64,000 nt of DNA from NCBI GenBank assembly GCA_963815835.1, contig CAWFIF010000006.1, positions 699,344 to 763,343 on the forward strand. The letters run 5' to 3'. The first letter of the stretch is position 1, and every line of letters begins with the position of its first letter. The position numbers and the translations under genes are program-made. The DNA comes from an uncultured delta proteobacterium. GTDB taxonomy: Bacteria; Desulfobacterota; Binatia; Binatales; Binataceae. Shown one piece after another: positions 29,104 to 38,651 of the stretch. The notes under the pieces are model-generated. The model was not told where the DNA came from, ran no database searches, and saw only the letters and a list, made by a program, of their open reading frames with translations.

Positions 29104-32100
29104 ATGAGCTCAGGCAACCCGTATGAATTGTGGGCGGGGTCCTTGGTCCCGGTTGCCGCCGGAGCGCAGGATCTGTTCCGCGTCAGCATCGACATGCTGC
29201 CCGATGCGGCGGTCATATTCGCGCGCGATGGTACGATCCTCGAGGTCAATTCCGCCGCGATATCACAGTTCGAGGCGGATACGCGCGGTGATTTGATCGG
29301 CCGGAATTTGTACTCGTTCGGGACGCCGGCTCCTGAGGCGACCACGGCCGCGATCGATCCGATCTTTGGTGGGCGCTCGGTTCGTTTCGAAATCGAAGTC
29401 GTGACCTTGAAGGGACGGCGGCGGATTCTCGACATTCTCGACGTTCCGCTGGTCTCGCCGGACGGTGAAGTTGAGCGCGTGCTCGGATTCGGACGCGATA
29501 TCACGGACCAGCGCCACGCCGAAGGCGCGCGCGACTTCATGGCCTCGATTATCGAATTCTCCGACGACGCGATTATCACCGTCTCACCCGAGTTGCGGGT
29601 GCTGACCTGGAACAAGGGCGCGGAACGGCTATTGGGCTATACGGCGCAAGAGGCGATCGGCCAACCAGTGCTCGAACTCTATGTCCCCGCGCGCGACCAC
29701 TCCCTTGCCCGATCGGTCCTGGAACAGGATCTCCGGCCCGACCAGCCGGCGGGGTTTGTGCGCAGGCTGGAGGTTCCGCTCCAACGGCGCGATCGCAGCC
29801 TGATCGACGTTTCGGTGGTCGAATCGAGAATCCTCGACGCGCAAGGCAAGGTAGTCGCGATCTCATCAATTGTGAGGGACATCTTAGAGAAGAAGCGATC
29901 GGAGCGAGAAAACGCGCTGCTGGCGGCGATGGTAGAGTCCTCCGACGATGCGATTACCGCGATTTCGACCGACTCGTTGATCATAAGTTGGAATAGAGGC
30001 GCCGAGCGCTTGCTCGGTTTCACCGCCGAGGAAGTGCTGGGACGGAATTTTCTCGATGTCTATGTGCATCCAGGCGATCGGCCATGGGTCGAGAACAACT
30101 TTCGCGAAGATATATCGGCGATGGAACGCGAACCATCCACCGCTCGCAGGATCGAAGCTCCCGTGATGCGAAAGGACGGGAGCAAAGTCGAGGTTTCGCT
30201 GGTGGCCTCGGGCATCTTCGACTCATCGGGTGAAACCATCGGGATGTCCGTGATCATGCGGGATCTCACTTACCTCAGACGCATCGAACACGAACAGGCT
30301 TTGTTGGCGGCGATCGTCAATGCCTCCGAAGACGCAATCATCAGCATTAACCTCGAGGGTGAAATTGTAAGCTGGAATCCGGGCGCGCAGCGGCTGTACG
30401 GCTATACTGCGGAGGAAATTGTTGGGAAGACTCTCGAGGTGTTCGTTCCCGCGGAGCACATCGCGCAAGTCAAGCGCAGCATACAGCAGGTAATTTCATC
30501 CGGCCATCCCATCAACTATGAGCAACGTCGGATCAAACGCGATGGTGAGTCATTCGATGCCTCGGTAATGGTTTTTCCGGTTCGCGATTCGTCGAGCGGC
30601 GCGATCACAAGAACGGCAGGAATTACCCGTGACATAACCTATCTCAAGGCCATCGAGGAGGAACTGCGCCAGGCCCAGCAATACACGCGCGGACTCATCG
30701 AGTCGTCGATCGACGCAATGGTGGTGGTCGATCGCGATCTGCGGATCACCGACCTCAACGAGCAGTTCGCCAAGCTGATTGAAGTGCCGAAGCGCTTCCT
30801 GGTCGGAAGCCGCTTTGGGAGCTATTTTGTCGATCCTGCCAAAGCCGCGGCCGCGGTCAACCGCACGCTCAACGAGGGATCCCTCACCGATTGCGACCTG
30901 GTGTTGCGAACCGCCGGCGGGCGCGAGGCGCAGGTCTCGTTCAACGCTTCTATTTTCTATATCGGCGGCAAAATATTCGGCATCGTTGGGGTCGCCCGCG
31001 ACGTTACCGAGCAACGCGCCATCCAACGCAAGCTTGGCGAGGAGCGCGAATACAGCCGCATGTTGGTCGAATCGTCGCCTGAGGCGCTGTTGGTGACCGA
31101 TCCCAATCAGCGGCTTTGCGACGTGAACGAGCGTGCGCTGGAACTTACCGGGTACTCGCGCCGGGAACTGATAGGAGGCGAAATAGCCTCCCTGTTCATC
31201 GACGCCGCTGGGGCGGCGGAGGCGGTTAACCGCGCGCTCGAAAAAGGCTTGGTCCGCGACGTCGAACTGTGCCTAACTACCCGCAGCGGGGGAGAAATAC
31301 CGATTTCGCTGAGCGTATCCGCTTATCACGACAGTGACGGCAGCACGCGCGGAGCGCTGGTCGGAATGCGCGACATTTCGGAACACAAACTCTTCGAAAG
31401 GGAACGTTGCCTGCTGGCAGCGATCGTGGATTCGTCTTTCGACGCGATCTACAGCGTCGATAATAACCTGACCATTACGAGCTGGAATCGATCGGCGGAG
31501 CGGTTGTTCGCTTACAGCGCCGCTGAAGTCCTCGGCCGCAGTAATGCGATGCTGGTACCGCTGGATCGCCGAGCTGAGTTGACGCAACGCGCTGTCAGGG
31601 TGCGCGAGACCGGCCACGGCGAGTCGTTCGAAACCACCCGCATGGACAAGGATGGTAACCTGATCGACGTCGCCGTTACCGGGTCGCCCCTTCTGGATGG
31701 ATCGGGAAAGCTCGTGGGCCTATCGATTACCGCTCACGACATCAGCGCGCGTAAGGGTGTAGAGGCGGAACTCACTCGTGCGCGCGACGCCGCCCTCGAA
31801 GCGGCGCGGCTCAAGTCCGAGTTTCTGGCCAACATGAGCCATGAGATCCGCACTCCAATGAATTCGATCATCGGGATGACGCGGCTGCTGCTTGACACGA
31901 GCCTGGGTCCCGAACAGGCCGAGTTGGCCCGCAACGTCAGCGAGAGTGGCGAGGCGTTGCTGACTCTAATCAACGAAATTCTGGACTTCTCGAAAATCGC
32001 CGCGGGTAAACTGGTGCTCGAAGAACTGGACTTCGAATTGTCGAAACTGGTGGAGGGCGCGGTCGAGGCGGTCGCGGAACCAGCGCGCCGCAAGAAACTT

Positions 32101-33975
32101 GAGCTGACGATCTCGATTGACCCCGAGGCCCCGCAGCATCTGCGCGGGGATCCAGGCCGTATTCGCCAAATCTTGCTCAACCTGCTTGGCAACGCCGTCA
32201 AGTTTACCGAGCACGGTGAAGTCAGCGTCCAGGTTAACAAGATTAGCGAAAATCCCGCCGAGACCATTCTGCGGTTCGAGGTGCGCGACACCGGCATCGG
32301 CATCCCGCGCGAAAAACAACACTTGCTCTTCCAGCCGTTTAGTCAGGTTGAGGTCTCCACCAGTCGCCGGTTCGGCGGCACCGGCCTGGGACTTTCCATC
32401 GCTCGTGGCTTGGTGGAAAAAATGCATGGCTCTATTGCCTTGAGCAGCACGCCCGGGGAAGGTTCCACCTTCTGGTTCACGGCAAGACTCGCCAGGCAGG
32501 TCGAGGTCAGCGGACCGGCTGCCGGGAAATTCGCTTCGCTGGCCGGTGTTAGAATCATAGTGGTGGACGACAACGCTAACAGCCGGGAGATCTTGCGCCG
32601 GCAAACCGTGGGCTGGGGAATGCAAGCGGAGATTGCGCCGTCCGCCACCGCCGCGTTGGATGCGATGCGAGTGGCCGCCCTCGATCGCCCTTTCGTGGTC
32701 GCGATTGTCGATGTGACGATGCCCGGGGTCGACGGGATTGAGCTTGCACGCATCATTAAGAGCGATCCCAAGCTTGCGAACACGGTAGTTATTTTTGCGT
32801 CTTCGGCCGGCCCCCGCAGTGAGTTCGGCGCCCGGCTGCACGGCCTCGATTTCGGCGCATGGCTGATGAAGCCGGTGTCGCAGTCAACCCTTTACGACAC
32901 CTTGATCCGGCTTCTCACGCGCGGAGACGAGGTTGCACTAGGGTCTCAGAAATCGCACGGGGATACGGCGACAGAACCCTCATCGGTTGAAGCCGGCGCA
33001 GTCTCCCGGCTCAAAATCCTTGTTGCTGAAGACAACCCGGTCAATCAGAATCTGGCCCGACTACAACTCCAGAAGCTCGGGTTCGCGGCTGATTTTGCGC
33101 AAAACGGGATCGAAGCGCTCGAGGCCGCCCTCCGCTTCCCCTATGACGTGATCTTGATGGACTGCCAGATGCCGGAGATGGACGGATACGAGGCAACCCG
33201 CGAAATCCGCCGCCGGATGGGCTCCAATCGGCGCGTCACGATCATTGCTGTGACCGCGCACGCACTGCCGGGAGATAGAGAAAAATGCATCGCCGCGGGC
33301 ATGGATGGCTATATCAGCAAGCCAGTCGATATTCATGAACTGGAAGCGTCACTCGCGCTGGTCAGCGCTTCGAAGTCAGAGGAGAATTTCCCGTCGGGCA
33401 GCACGAGCAAAACGGTTCAGCAGCCGTCATCCGATGAGATCGCTGCGGCGGCGAGGAAAGAAGCCGATCGATCGCCAGGTGGAGACGCCGAAAGTCCGCC
33501 AACCTCGGGTGAGAAAACCAGCCCTGGGGACACTTGCGCGGCTTGCGCTGAAACTATCGCACAGCCTCGCGAGGAGGGCGCCGCGCATGCGATGCCGGGT
33601 GAGCGGGACGGCTGCATTCGCGAGGCGATGAACAAGGGGGCTACCTTCGATTCGGAGTCTTTGCTAAAGCGGCTCATGGGAGACAGACAGCTTGCCAACA
33701 TAATCATCGCAGCGTTCCTCGAAGATTTCCCTTCGCAGTTAAACCATCTGCGCCAGCGGCTCGCCGAGGCGGATACGCTTGGTGCTCGCATGCACGCGCA
33801 TACCCTCAAGGGATCAGCGGCAACCATTTCGGCAGGCAGTCTGTCCTCGATTGGGGCGGAGATGGAACGGTTGGCGGAAGCAGGCGAGTTAGATCAGTTC
33901 GGCAAGCTTCTGCCCCGAGCGGTGGAAGAATTCGAGCGGCTCAAGAAGACACTCGAGCACGCCGGATGGCTATGA
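29104..33975 (+). CDS. Hybrid sensor histidine kinase: 7 PAS - HisKA - HATPase - REC - REC - HPt
   Basis: ATG 29104 follows GGTGGA. Seven PAS repeats, several with the SWN-x-GAERL-x-GY motif. H-box SHEIRTPMNSIIGM (~31840), G-box GGTGLGLSIARG. REC1 VVDDNANSREIL/DVTMPGVDG. REC2 LVAEDNPVNQ/LMDCQMPEMDGY...KP. HPt HTLKGSAATISAG. Confidence 0.9.
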   Translation: MSSGNPYELWAGSLVPVAAGAQDLFRVSIDMLPDAAVIFARDGTILEVNSAAISQFEADTRGDLIGRNLYSFGTPAPEATTAAIDPIFGGRSVRFEIEVVTLKGRRRILDILDVPLVSPDGEVERVLGFGRDITDQRHAEGARDFMASIIEFSDDAIITVSPELRVLTWNKGAERLLGYTAQEAIGQPVLELYVPARDHSLARSVLEQDLRPDQPAGFVRRLEVPLQRRDRSLIDVSVVESRILDAQGKVVAISSIVRDILEKKRSERENALLAAMVESSDDAITAISTDSLIISWNRGAERLLGFTAEEVLGRNFLDVYVHPGDRPWVENNFREDISAMEREPSTARRIEAPVMRKDGSKVEVSLVASGIFDSSGETIGMSVIMRDLTYLRRIEHEQALLAAIVNASEDAIISINLEGEIVSWNPGAQRLYGYTAEEIVGKTLEVFVPAEHIAQVKRSIQQVISSGHPINYEQRRIKRDGESFDASVMVFPVRDSSSGAITRTAGITRDITYLKAIEEELRQAQQYTRGLIESSIDAMVVVDRDLRITDLNEQFAKLIEVPKRFLVGSRFGSYFVDPAKAAAAVNRTLNEGSLTDCDLVLRTAGGREAQVSFNASIFYIGGKIFGIVGVARDVTEQRAIQRKLGEEREYSRMLVESSPEALLVTDPNQRLCDVNERALELTGYSRRELIGGEIASLFIDAAGAAEAVNRALEKGLVRDVELCLTTRSGGEIPISLSVSAYHDSDGSTRGALVGMRDISEHKLFERERCLLAAIVDSSFDAIYSVDNNLTITSWNRSAERLFAYSAAEVLGRSNAMLVPLDRRAELTQRAVRVRETGHGESFETTRMDKDGNLIDVAVTGSPLLDGSGKLVGLSITAHDISARKGVEAELTRARDAALEAARLKSEFLANMSHEIRTPMNSIIGMTRLLLDTSLGPEQAELARNVSESGEALLTLINEILDFSKIAAGKLVLEELDFELSKLVEGAVEAVAEPARRKKLELTISIDPEAPQHLRGDPGRIRQILLNLLGNAVKFTEHGEVSVQVNKISENPAETILRFEVRDTGIGIPREKQHLLFQPFSQVEVSTSRRFGGTGLGLSIARGLVEKMHGSIALSSTPGEGSTFWFTARLARQVEVSGPAAGKFASLAGVRIIVVDDNANSREILRRQTVGWGMQAEIAPSATAALDAMRVAALDRPFVVAIVDVTMPGVDGIELARIIKSDPKLANTVVIFASSAGPRSEFGARLHGLDFGAWLMKPVSQSTLYDTLIRLLTRGDEVALGSQKSHGDTATEPSSVEAGAVSRLKILVAEDNPVNQNLARLQLQKLGFAADFAQNGIEALEAALRFPYDVILMDCQMPEMDGYEATREIRRRMGSNRRVTIIAVTAHALPGDREKCIAAGMDGYISKPVDIHELEASLALVSASKSEENFPSGSTSKTVQQPSSDEIAAAARKEADRSPGGDAESPPTSGEKTSPGDTCAACAETIAQPREEGAAHAMPGERDGCIREAMNKGATFDSESLLKRLMGDRQLANIIIAAFLEDFPSQLNHLRQRLAEADTLGARMHAHTLKGSAATISAGSLSSIGAEMERLAEAGELDQFGKLLPRAVEEFERLKKTLEHAGWL

Positions 33976-34005
33976 ATTCAACCTATGAGCCCGAGGTGGC
34001 GCCTA

Positions 34006-34413
34006 ATGAAAACACTTATCGTTGAAGACGATTTCACTAGCAGGCTTTTACTGCAGACCTTCCTTTCTCGCTACGGCGAATGCCACCTCGCCGTCAATGG
34101 CAAAGAAGCCGTCGAAGCATTTCGGATGGCCCTCGCCAACGGATCATCCTACGACCTGATCTGTATGGACATCCTGATGCCCGAGATGGACGGCACGGAG
34201 GCGGTTAAGCAAGTGCGGGGGCTGGAGGAAGCACGCGGGGTTCTCTCTACCTATGGCGTGAAGATCGTGATGACGACGGGGGTGAGTGACATGAAGGAAG
34301 TCATCCGATCGTTCGAGGGACTCTGTGACGCTTATCTTATCAAGCCTATCGACACTGCCGAGCTGCTTCGCCACCTGAAGTCCTTTCGGCTGGTTAATGA
34401 CTTGGACTGCTGA
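34006..34413 (+). CDS. Single-domain CheY-like response regulator
   Basis: MKTLIVEDDFTSRLL, LICMDILMPEMDG, MTTG and YLIKP give the Asp pocket, phospho-acceptor, Thr and Lys. GAGGTGG lies 7 nt upstream of ATG 34006. Confidence 0.85.
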   Translation: MKTLIVEDDFTSRLLLQTFLSRYGECHLAVNGKEAVEAFRMALANGSSYDLICMDILMPEMDGTEAVKQVRGLEEARGVLSTYGVKIVMTTGVSDMKEVIRSFEGLCDAYLIKPIDTAELLRHLKSFRLVNDLDC

Positions 34414-34491
34414 GCTTGGCGTGACCGCCCCACATTTCCTCTTTAGAAAGGTTTTTGCGCGGTCCTGAGCTTTTGCCAGACAGCAAAGGAC

Positions 34492-34710
34492 TCAGAAGTC
34501 CCCTTGTCCATTGAAGTTGCCGCAGTCGCTTTCCTGGCAGCACATCGAGACATTGGCAGAATCTGTCGCCTTATAGTGAAAACGATTCTCGAACCGGTTC
34601 CCGGGGGGAAGATACCGTGAGCGGAAGGTCGTGACCTGCCTCGCGAAAGTATACCAACTGACTGGAAGTGGATTTTTCGACGTGCGTGGTTCTGTTAGCG
34701 CTAGATTCAC
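34492..34710 (-). CDS. Possible small Cys-rich hypothetical protein
   Basis: 72-codon ORF whose 3' two-thirds have GC-rich third positions (…RYLPPGNRFENRFHYKATDSANVSMCCQESDCGNFNGQGDF). No homology recognised. Confidence 0.3.
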   Translation of the reverse strand: MNLALTEPRTSKNPLPVSWYTFARQVTTFRSRYLPPGNRFENRFHYKATDSANVSMCCQESDCGNFNGQGDF

Positions 34711-34755
34711 TGGCTGTTTGTAGCGCTGATAGCTCCCGGAGGAAACTCTGACAAA

Positions 34756-35045
34756 ATGCGGGAATCATCGCAGCCGGGGTGCTTTCGGTTACCTCAGCCG
34801 TTCCCGTTGATCGATGCGAACGATCCGGATACCGGAGTCAAGATCATCTGGAACGTGATGTTCCGTCCGATGTGGACCGACGATTTCGACGCGCGCTATT
34901 TCGAATGCGTCGAGGTTTACGAGTCGCTAGGCCACCCCTACCAGGAAGTTGACTACCAGCTAATCGGACACCACGGGGCCTACAACTCAATAGGCCGCAC
35001 CGAAGTGGATCCGATGCCGGCTGACCCGGACTACAAGATTTCCAA
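34756..35045 (+). CDS. Hypothetical protein, 3' end uncertain (runs into a deletion junction)
   Basis: Track ORF 34756-35337. Only the first ~290 nt show strong GC3 bias (IDANDPDTGVKIIWNVMFRPMWTDDFDARYFECVEVYESLGHPYQEVDYQLIGHHGAY...). The rest is antisense to the zinc-ribbon stump. Confidence 0.35.
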
Positions 35046-35314
35046 AACAGGACCGTCAGATGGCGCCGCTCGCCCTGAATCTGCTCGTCAGACTGGATCT
35101 TCGCGACTGAAGCGGAAGCCTGGAGCGGTTCTGCGCATTCGTTACAAAACTTCGCTCCCGGCTTGTTGCTCGCACTGCAGCGCGGACACTTCGCCGCCAT
35201 CGGCGCAGCACACTCGCTACAAAACTTCGCTCCCGCAGGATTTTCGAACCCGCACTTCGTGCAGCGCACTCGGCTCTCCCCCGCCCGGAACGGGCACCGC
35301 GAGTATCGCGACAA
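35045..35314 (-). pseudogene. N-terminal stump: double zinc ribbon plus first strand of a class III adenylate/guanylate cyclase domain
   Basis: RCTKCGFENPAGAKFCSECAAPMAAKCPRCSASNKPGAKFCNECAEPL (two zinc ribbons), then GERRHLTVLF (canonical start of the cyclase homology domain). All resemblance stops at about 35045. Confidence 0.6.
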
Positions 35315-35900
35315 TCAACTCGATCTGGCAAGCGTGATCGAGGATCGCAGTCGCGCGTCCGTTACGAGCGGTAGATCTGGATTGTCCAGCGAGATTTTCC
35401 GCACCAGTATTTCGCGCTCGATCAGATGAAGTCCGTAGACCGAAGTGCCAACGCGGAAGCTTTGGACGCGAATTTCGTATGCCAACCGATAGCCTTCTCC
35501 GAATAGAATCCGAAACGTCGCCCGCCGAGGTATGGAGTGGAGCCGAGAATTAGACGTACCTGGTAACCAACGCAGCGCTCAGCATACGTTTCGGGAGGTG
35601 GCAAATGCTCGCGCTTAAACGTGAAGAGCGGTATATCGTCTATCAGGTTTCGAGTGACATGAATCTGACCGAGACTCGGCTCCGGAATCCTATCGATTCC
35701 ATCCCAGCCAGGGCGTGGTGCTGTTTCACCGAGGTTGCATTCAAGCCCCTAACCACACAGAGCAGGGCGTGAGTAGCGCAATCATTTCATCCGCCATCAC
35801 TCGTTTGCTGGCTTTTAGCAACCTTATTCGGTCACTGGCAGGTCTTCTGGAGCCGCCGCTATCCAACACGACATTCATTTCTTCACTGAGGAGGACCGAC

Positions 35901-36641
35901 ATGGCAAAGTTGGGCCGTTTAACGCCGATCCCTTTCCTGGTTTTTGGAGTGCTGATCCTTGCGTCAACTTCAACTTCCTGGGCGCAAACGCCCTCGCCGA
36001 TTGCCGAACAGATTGCGAAGGCCTATGGCTTGGATTCGTACGGGCAAGTTGAAGCGATCCGCTATACGTTCAACATAAGGGGCGCCATATCGGTCAGTCG
36101 TTCATGGGTTTGGGAGCCCAAGGCCGGCCAAATCTCCTACGAGGGAGTAGATAAGGACGGCAAGCCGGTGAAAGTTACCTTTGTTCCATCCAAGCTCGCC
36201 GCCGATTCTCCCATCGTTAAGAACAAAATTGACTGGTTTTTCGTAAACGATAACTATTGGGCGTTCCTCCCTTTCCATCTTTACTGGGATTCCTCAGGCG
36301 CCAATGTGCAAGATATGGGCATGCAAAAACTGCCGCTGGGCAAGGGTTCGGCGAAGCTGGTGACGGTGAAATATCCGAACGGCGGCTACACGCCCGGAGA
36401 TACCTGGGATCTGTACGTCGGGTCTGACAACCGAATCAAAGAAATGGTCTACCATCGGGGGTCCCCAAAAAGTCCGGTACCGGCACTCGTTACAGTGACT
36501 TGGGCGGGCTACAAGAAGGCTGGCCCTCTCCTCTTCTCGACGGAGCATCGCGGGACGGCGGACGGCAAGCCGCTGCATCTCTTCTTTTCGAATGTGGCCG
36601 TCAAGCTAGTAGGGTCGGACACGTGGATTAACGCGCAATAG
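35901..36641 (+). CDS. Hypothetical secreted protein
   Basis: GAGGAGGA precedes ATG 35901. Signal peptide MAKLGRLTPIPFLVFGVLILASTSTSWA/Q. Beta-rich 220-aa body, no family recognised. Confidence 0.65.
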   Translation: MAKLGRLTPIPFLVFGVLILASTSTSWAQTPSPIAEQIAKAYGLDSYGQVEAIRYTFNIRGAISVSRSWVWEPKAGQISYEGVDKDGKPVKVTFVPSKLAADSPIVKNKIDWFFVNDNYWAFLPFHLYWDSSGANVQDMGMQKLPLGKGSAKLVTVKYPNGGYTPGDTWDLYVGSDNRIKEMVYHRGSPKSPVPALVTVTWAGYKKAGPLLFSTEHRGTADGKPLHLFFSNVAVKLVGSDTWINAQ

Positions 36642-36702
36642 GGAGCGGGCGCCCTCGGGTGTCGATGGCGAGTTGGTCCGGCGCACCGATTGATGCGATG
36701 CG

Positions 36703-38001
36703 TCAGCCGGCGAGGGGACTGGTCGTGCGACGCGCTCCCACCGATTGCGCCAACATCCACCCCGCTACGCATAGAACGGAGCCGTACTCAATTACCATTG
36801 TCGCCCAGACGGGAAGTGGCCAATAAACCGCGAGCGAGCTCACGGTCCATACCGCCAGCGGCAGAGCGCGTGGAGTGAACAGAAACGGAGTAACCCAAAC
36901 CAAGTACCACGGAAAAATGGTCGGGGCGAAGAGCAGCGTCGTTGCCACAGGCCACGCCCAGGCCTCCGGTGAGTCAGGGTCCAAATGCCAACGCGCCCAG
37001 AGCGCGGCCGCAAAGCCGACAGCGACTGGAACGCCGACCAGGCCCTTCGTCGGAAAGACCCACTCGAGGGCCGAATAAACCGGTGCGTTGACGCGCCAAC
37101 GAGCCAGGTAGCCTCCCAGCGAGCCGAGCGGCAGCTGGCCTTGGCCTAGAAATGGAATGTAGAGTGCGGCGAGGATTCCGACGCCTAGAGCTGCGTCACG
37201 AAGACGGATACGGCGCCAGAAGAGGGGCACTAAAATCACCGGCAGAAATTTGACCCCGATCGCGAGCGCGAACGCAACTGCCGCAACCGCACGCCTTCCG
37301 CGCGCCAGCGAGGCGGCGGCCAGAACAAGACATAGCGCACCTAAGAGATCGATATGTCCATTCCCGGCACCCTCCAGAGCGATTAGCGGATTCCATGCAT
37401 AGGCGAGCACCCACCACGGGCTTCGATTGGACGCCGACAGCCACCACAGGAGAACCGCGACTAAGGCAGCATCACAGACAAAGGCTGCCGATTTCATCGC
37501 GCGTGCCGAGTCATCCACCATCGTGACTGCGCAAAAAAAAAGTTCTGCGGCGGCCGGGTACGGCGTCGGGAAATCAGGATGGTTCATCAGCAGAGTCTCG
37601 GCCGTGTGCAAATGCCGGACAGCGCTGTCGCTAGGCACAACTAGGTAAGGATCGTAGCCGAGCCGCTGGATTCTGCCATCCCACACATACCTATAGACAT
37701 CGGTTGAAAGGGTGGGCGGGCTAAGCAGAAGGGGAACTCGCCATGTTGCTGCGAGCACAAGGCACAGAGCAAGTCCTCGATTGCTTCCCTCCGCAAACCG
37801 GCCAAGGAGCCATATGGTTCGAAGATACGCGAGCGCTGCCAACGCAGTGCATACGACGAATACGCGCGCGTGTGTTCTTGAATCGAAAAAAGAAATCCCG
37901 AGGATGCAACCTGCGATGACTAGTCCCCAGCCGAGGAACCTGGCCGGCGCTACACTCTCGTCCTTCAGCACCCGCCGAGCTCCGGTCGATGGGCGAGCCA
38001 C
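36703..38001 (-). CDS. GT-C type membrane glycosyltransferase (GT87 / DUF2029, PimE-like)
   Basis: About 11 hydrophobic spans. The N-terminal loop motif STDVYRYVWDGRIQRLGYDPY is typical of polyprenol-phosphate-sugar dependent mannosyltransferase-like DUF2029 proteins. Confidence 0.7.
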   Translation of the reverse strand: MARPSTGARRVLKDESVAPARFLGWGLVIAGCILGISFFDSRTHARVFVVCTALAALAYLRTIWLLGRFAEGSNRGLALCLVLAATWRVPLLLSPPTLSTDVYRYVWDGRIQRLGYDPYLVVPSDSAVRHLHTAETLLMNHPDFPTPYPAAAELFFCAVTMVDDSARAMKSAAFVCDAALVAVLLWWLSASNRSPWWVLAYAWNPLIALEGAGNGHIDLLGALCLVLAAASLARGRRAVAAVAFALAIGVKFLPVILVPLFWRRIRLRDAALGVGILAALYIPFLGQGQLPLGSLGGYLARWRVNAPVYSALEWVFPTKGLVGVPVAVGFAAALWARWHLDPDSPEAWAWPVATTLLFAPTIFPWYLVWVTPFLFTPRALPLAVWTVSSLAVYWPLPVWATMVIEYGSVLCVAGWMLAQSVGARRTTSPLAG

Positions 38002-38651
38002 GCGGCCGTCCGCGGGGCGCGGTGAGGAAATAAACGGAGCTCACGCGCCAGACGTGCCAGATCCTCAACCTCATCCACGTCATAACCCGTTTCGGTGAGG
38101 GCCACCTGGAGACCCAGGCCATGCGCATTTGCCATCAACGAATCAAGGGCGCTGCCAGTGCCCATCCCTTCCGTATCAAACAACTCGGCTTGCACAGTCT
38201 TACTACCTACGAGGTAGTAGCCGCCGTCGGTAGTCGGACCTACCACTACGTCAGCCCCGTCGAGGAGCTCGAAAGCCTTATCGAGCGTCTCCGGCGGCAG
38301 TTGAGGGCTATCGCCATCGATAGCAACCACACGCCGATATCCCCTGTCGATGAAGATGCGAAAGGCCGAGGCGAGGCCTGCGGCGAGGCCCTCGCCCTGT
38401 TGTCCGACGATTTCGATCGCCGGCAGCCAATCGGCGAGATCGGCGACATCCGAAGCCGGGCAGACAATGGCAACTACGTCGGTCGACACGGATCTAGCGA
38501 GATCCAGGGTATCTTCAATCATACATCTATAGAGGTCCACTACAGCGTCAGTAGGCAGGCTGGCGGCGAGTCGGGTTTTCACGTGGCCTGGGCGAGGAGC
38601 CTTAGCCATGATTATCAAGGCCCGTTCACCAAGTGAACGCGCCGCTTTCAT
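37965..38651 (-). CDS. DUF2064 / TIGR04282-type glycosyltransferase-like protein
   Basis: ALIIMAKAPRPGHVKTRLA, VVAIDGDSPQLP, VVGPTTDGGYYLVG. ATG 38651 overlaps the GT2 stop (ATGA). Confidence 0.75.
   Translation of the reverse strand: MKAARSLGERALIIMAKAPRPGHVKTRLAASLPTDAVVDLYRCMIEDTLDLARSVSTDVVAIVCPASDVADLADWLPAIEIVGQQGEGLAAGLASAFRIFIDRGYRRVVAIDGDSPQLPPETLDKAFELLDGADVVVGPTTDGGYYLVGSKTVQAELFDTEGMGTGSALDSLMANAHGLGLQVALTETGYDVDEVEDLARLARELRLFPHRAPRTAAWLAHRPELGGC

Noticed and set aside
35340-35750. Start-less minus-strand reading frame (…IDDIPLFTFKREHLPPPETYAERCVGYQVRLILGSTPYLGGRRFGFYSEKAIGWHTKF…) upstream of the zinc-ribbon stump
   Set aside because: It is open for ~135 codons, but the only start lies in the last 60 codons and I recognise no family. 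It may be another gene stump, and the evidence is insufficient to call it a feature.
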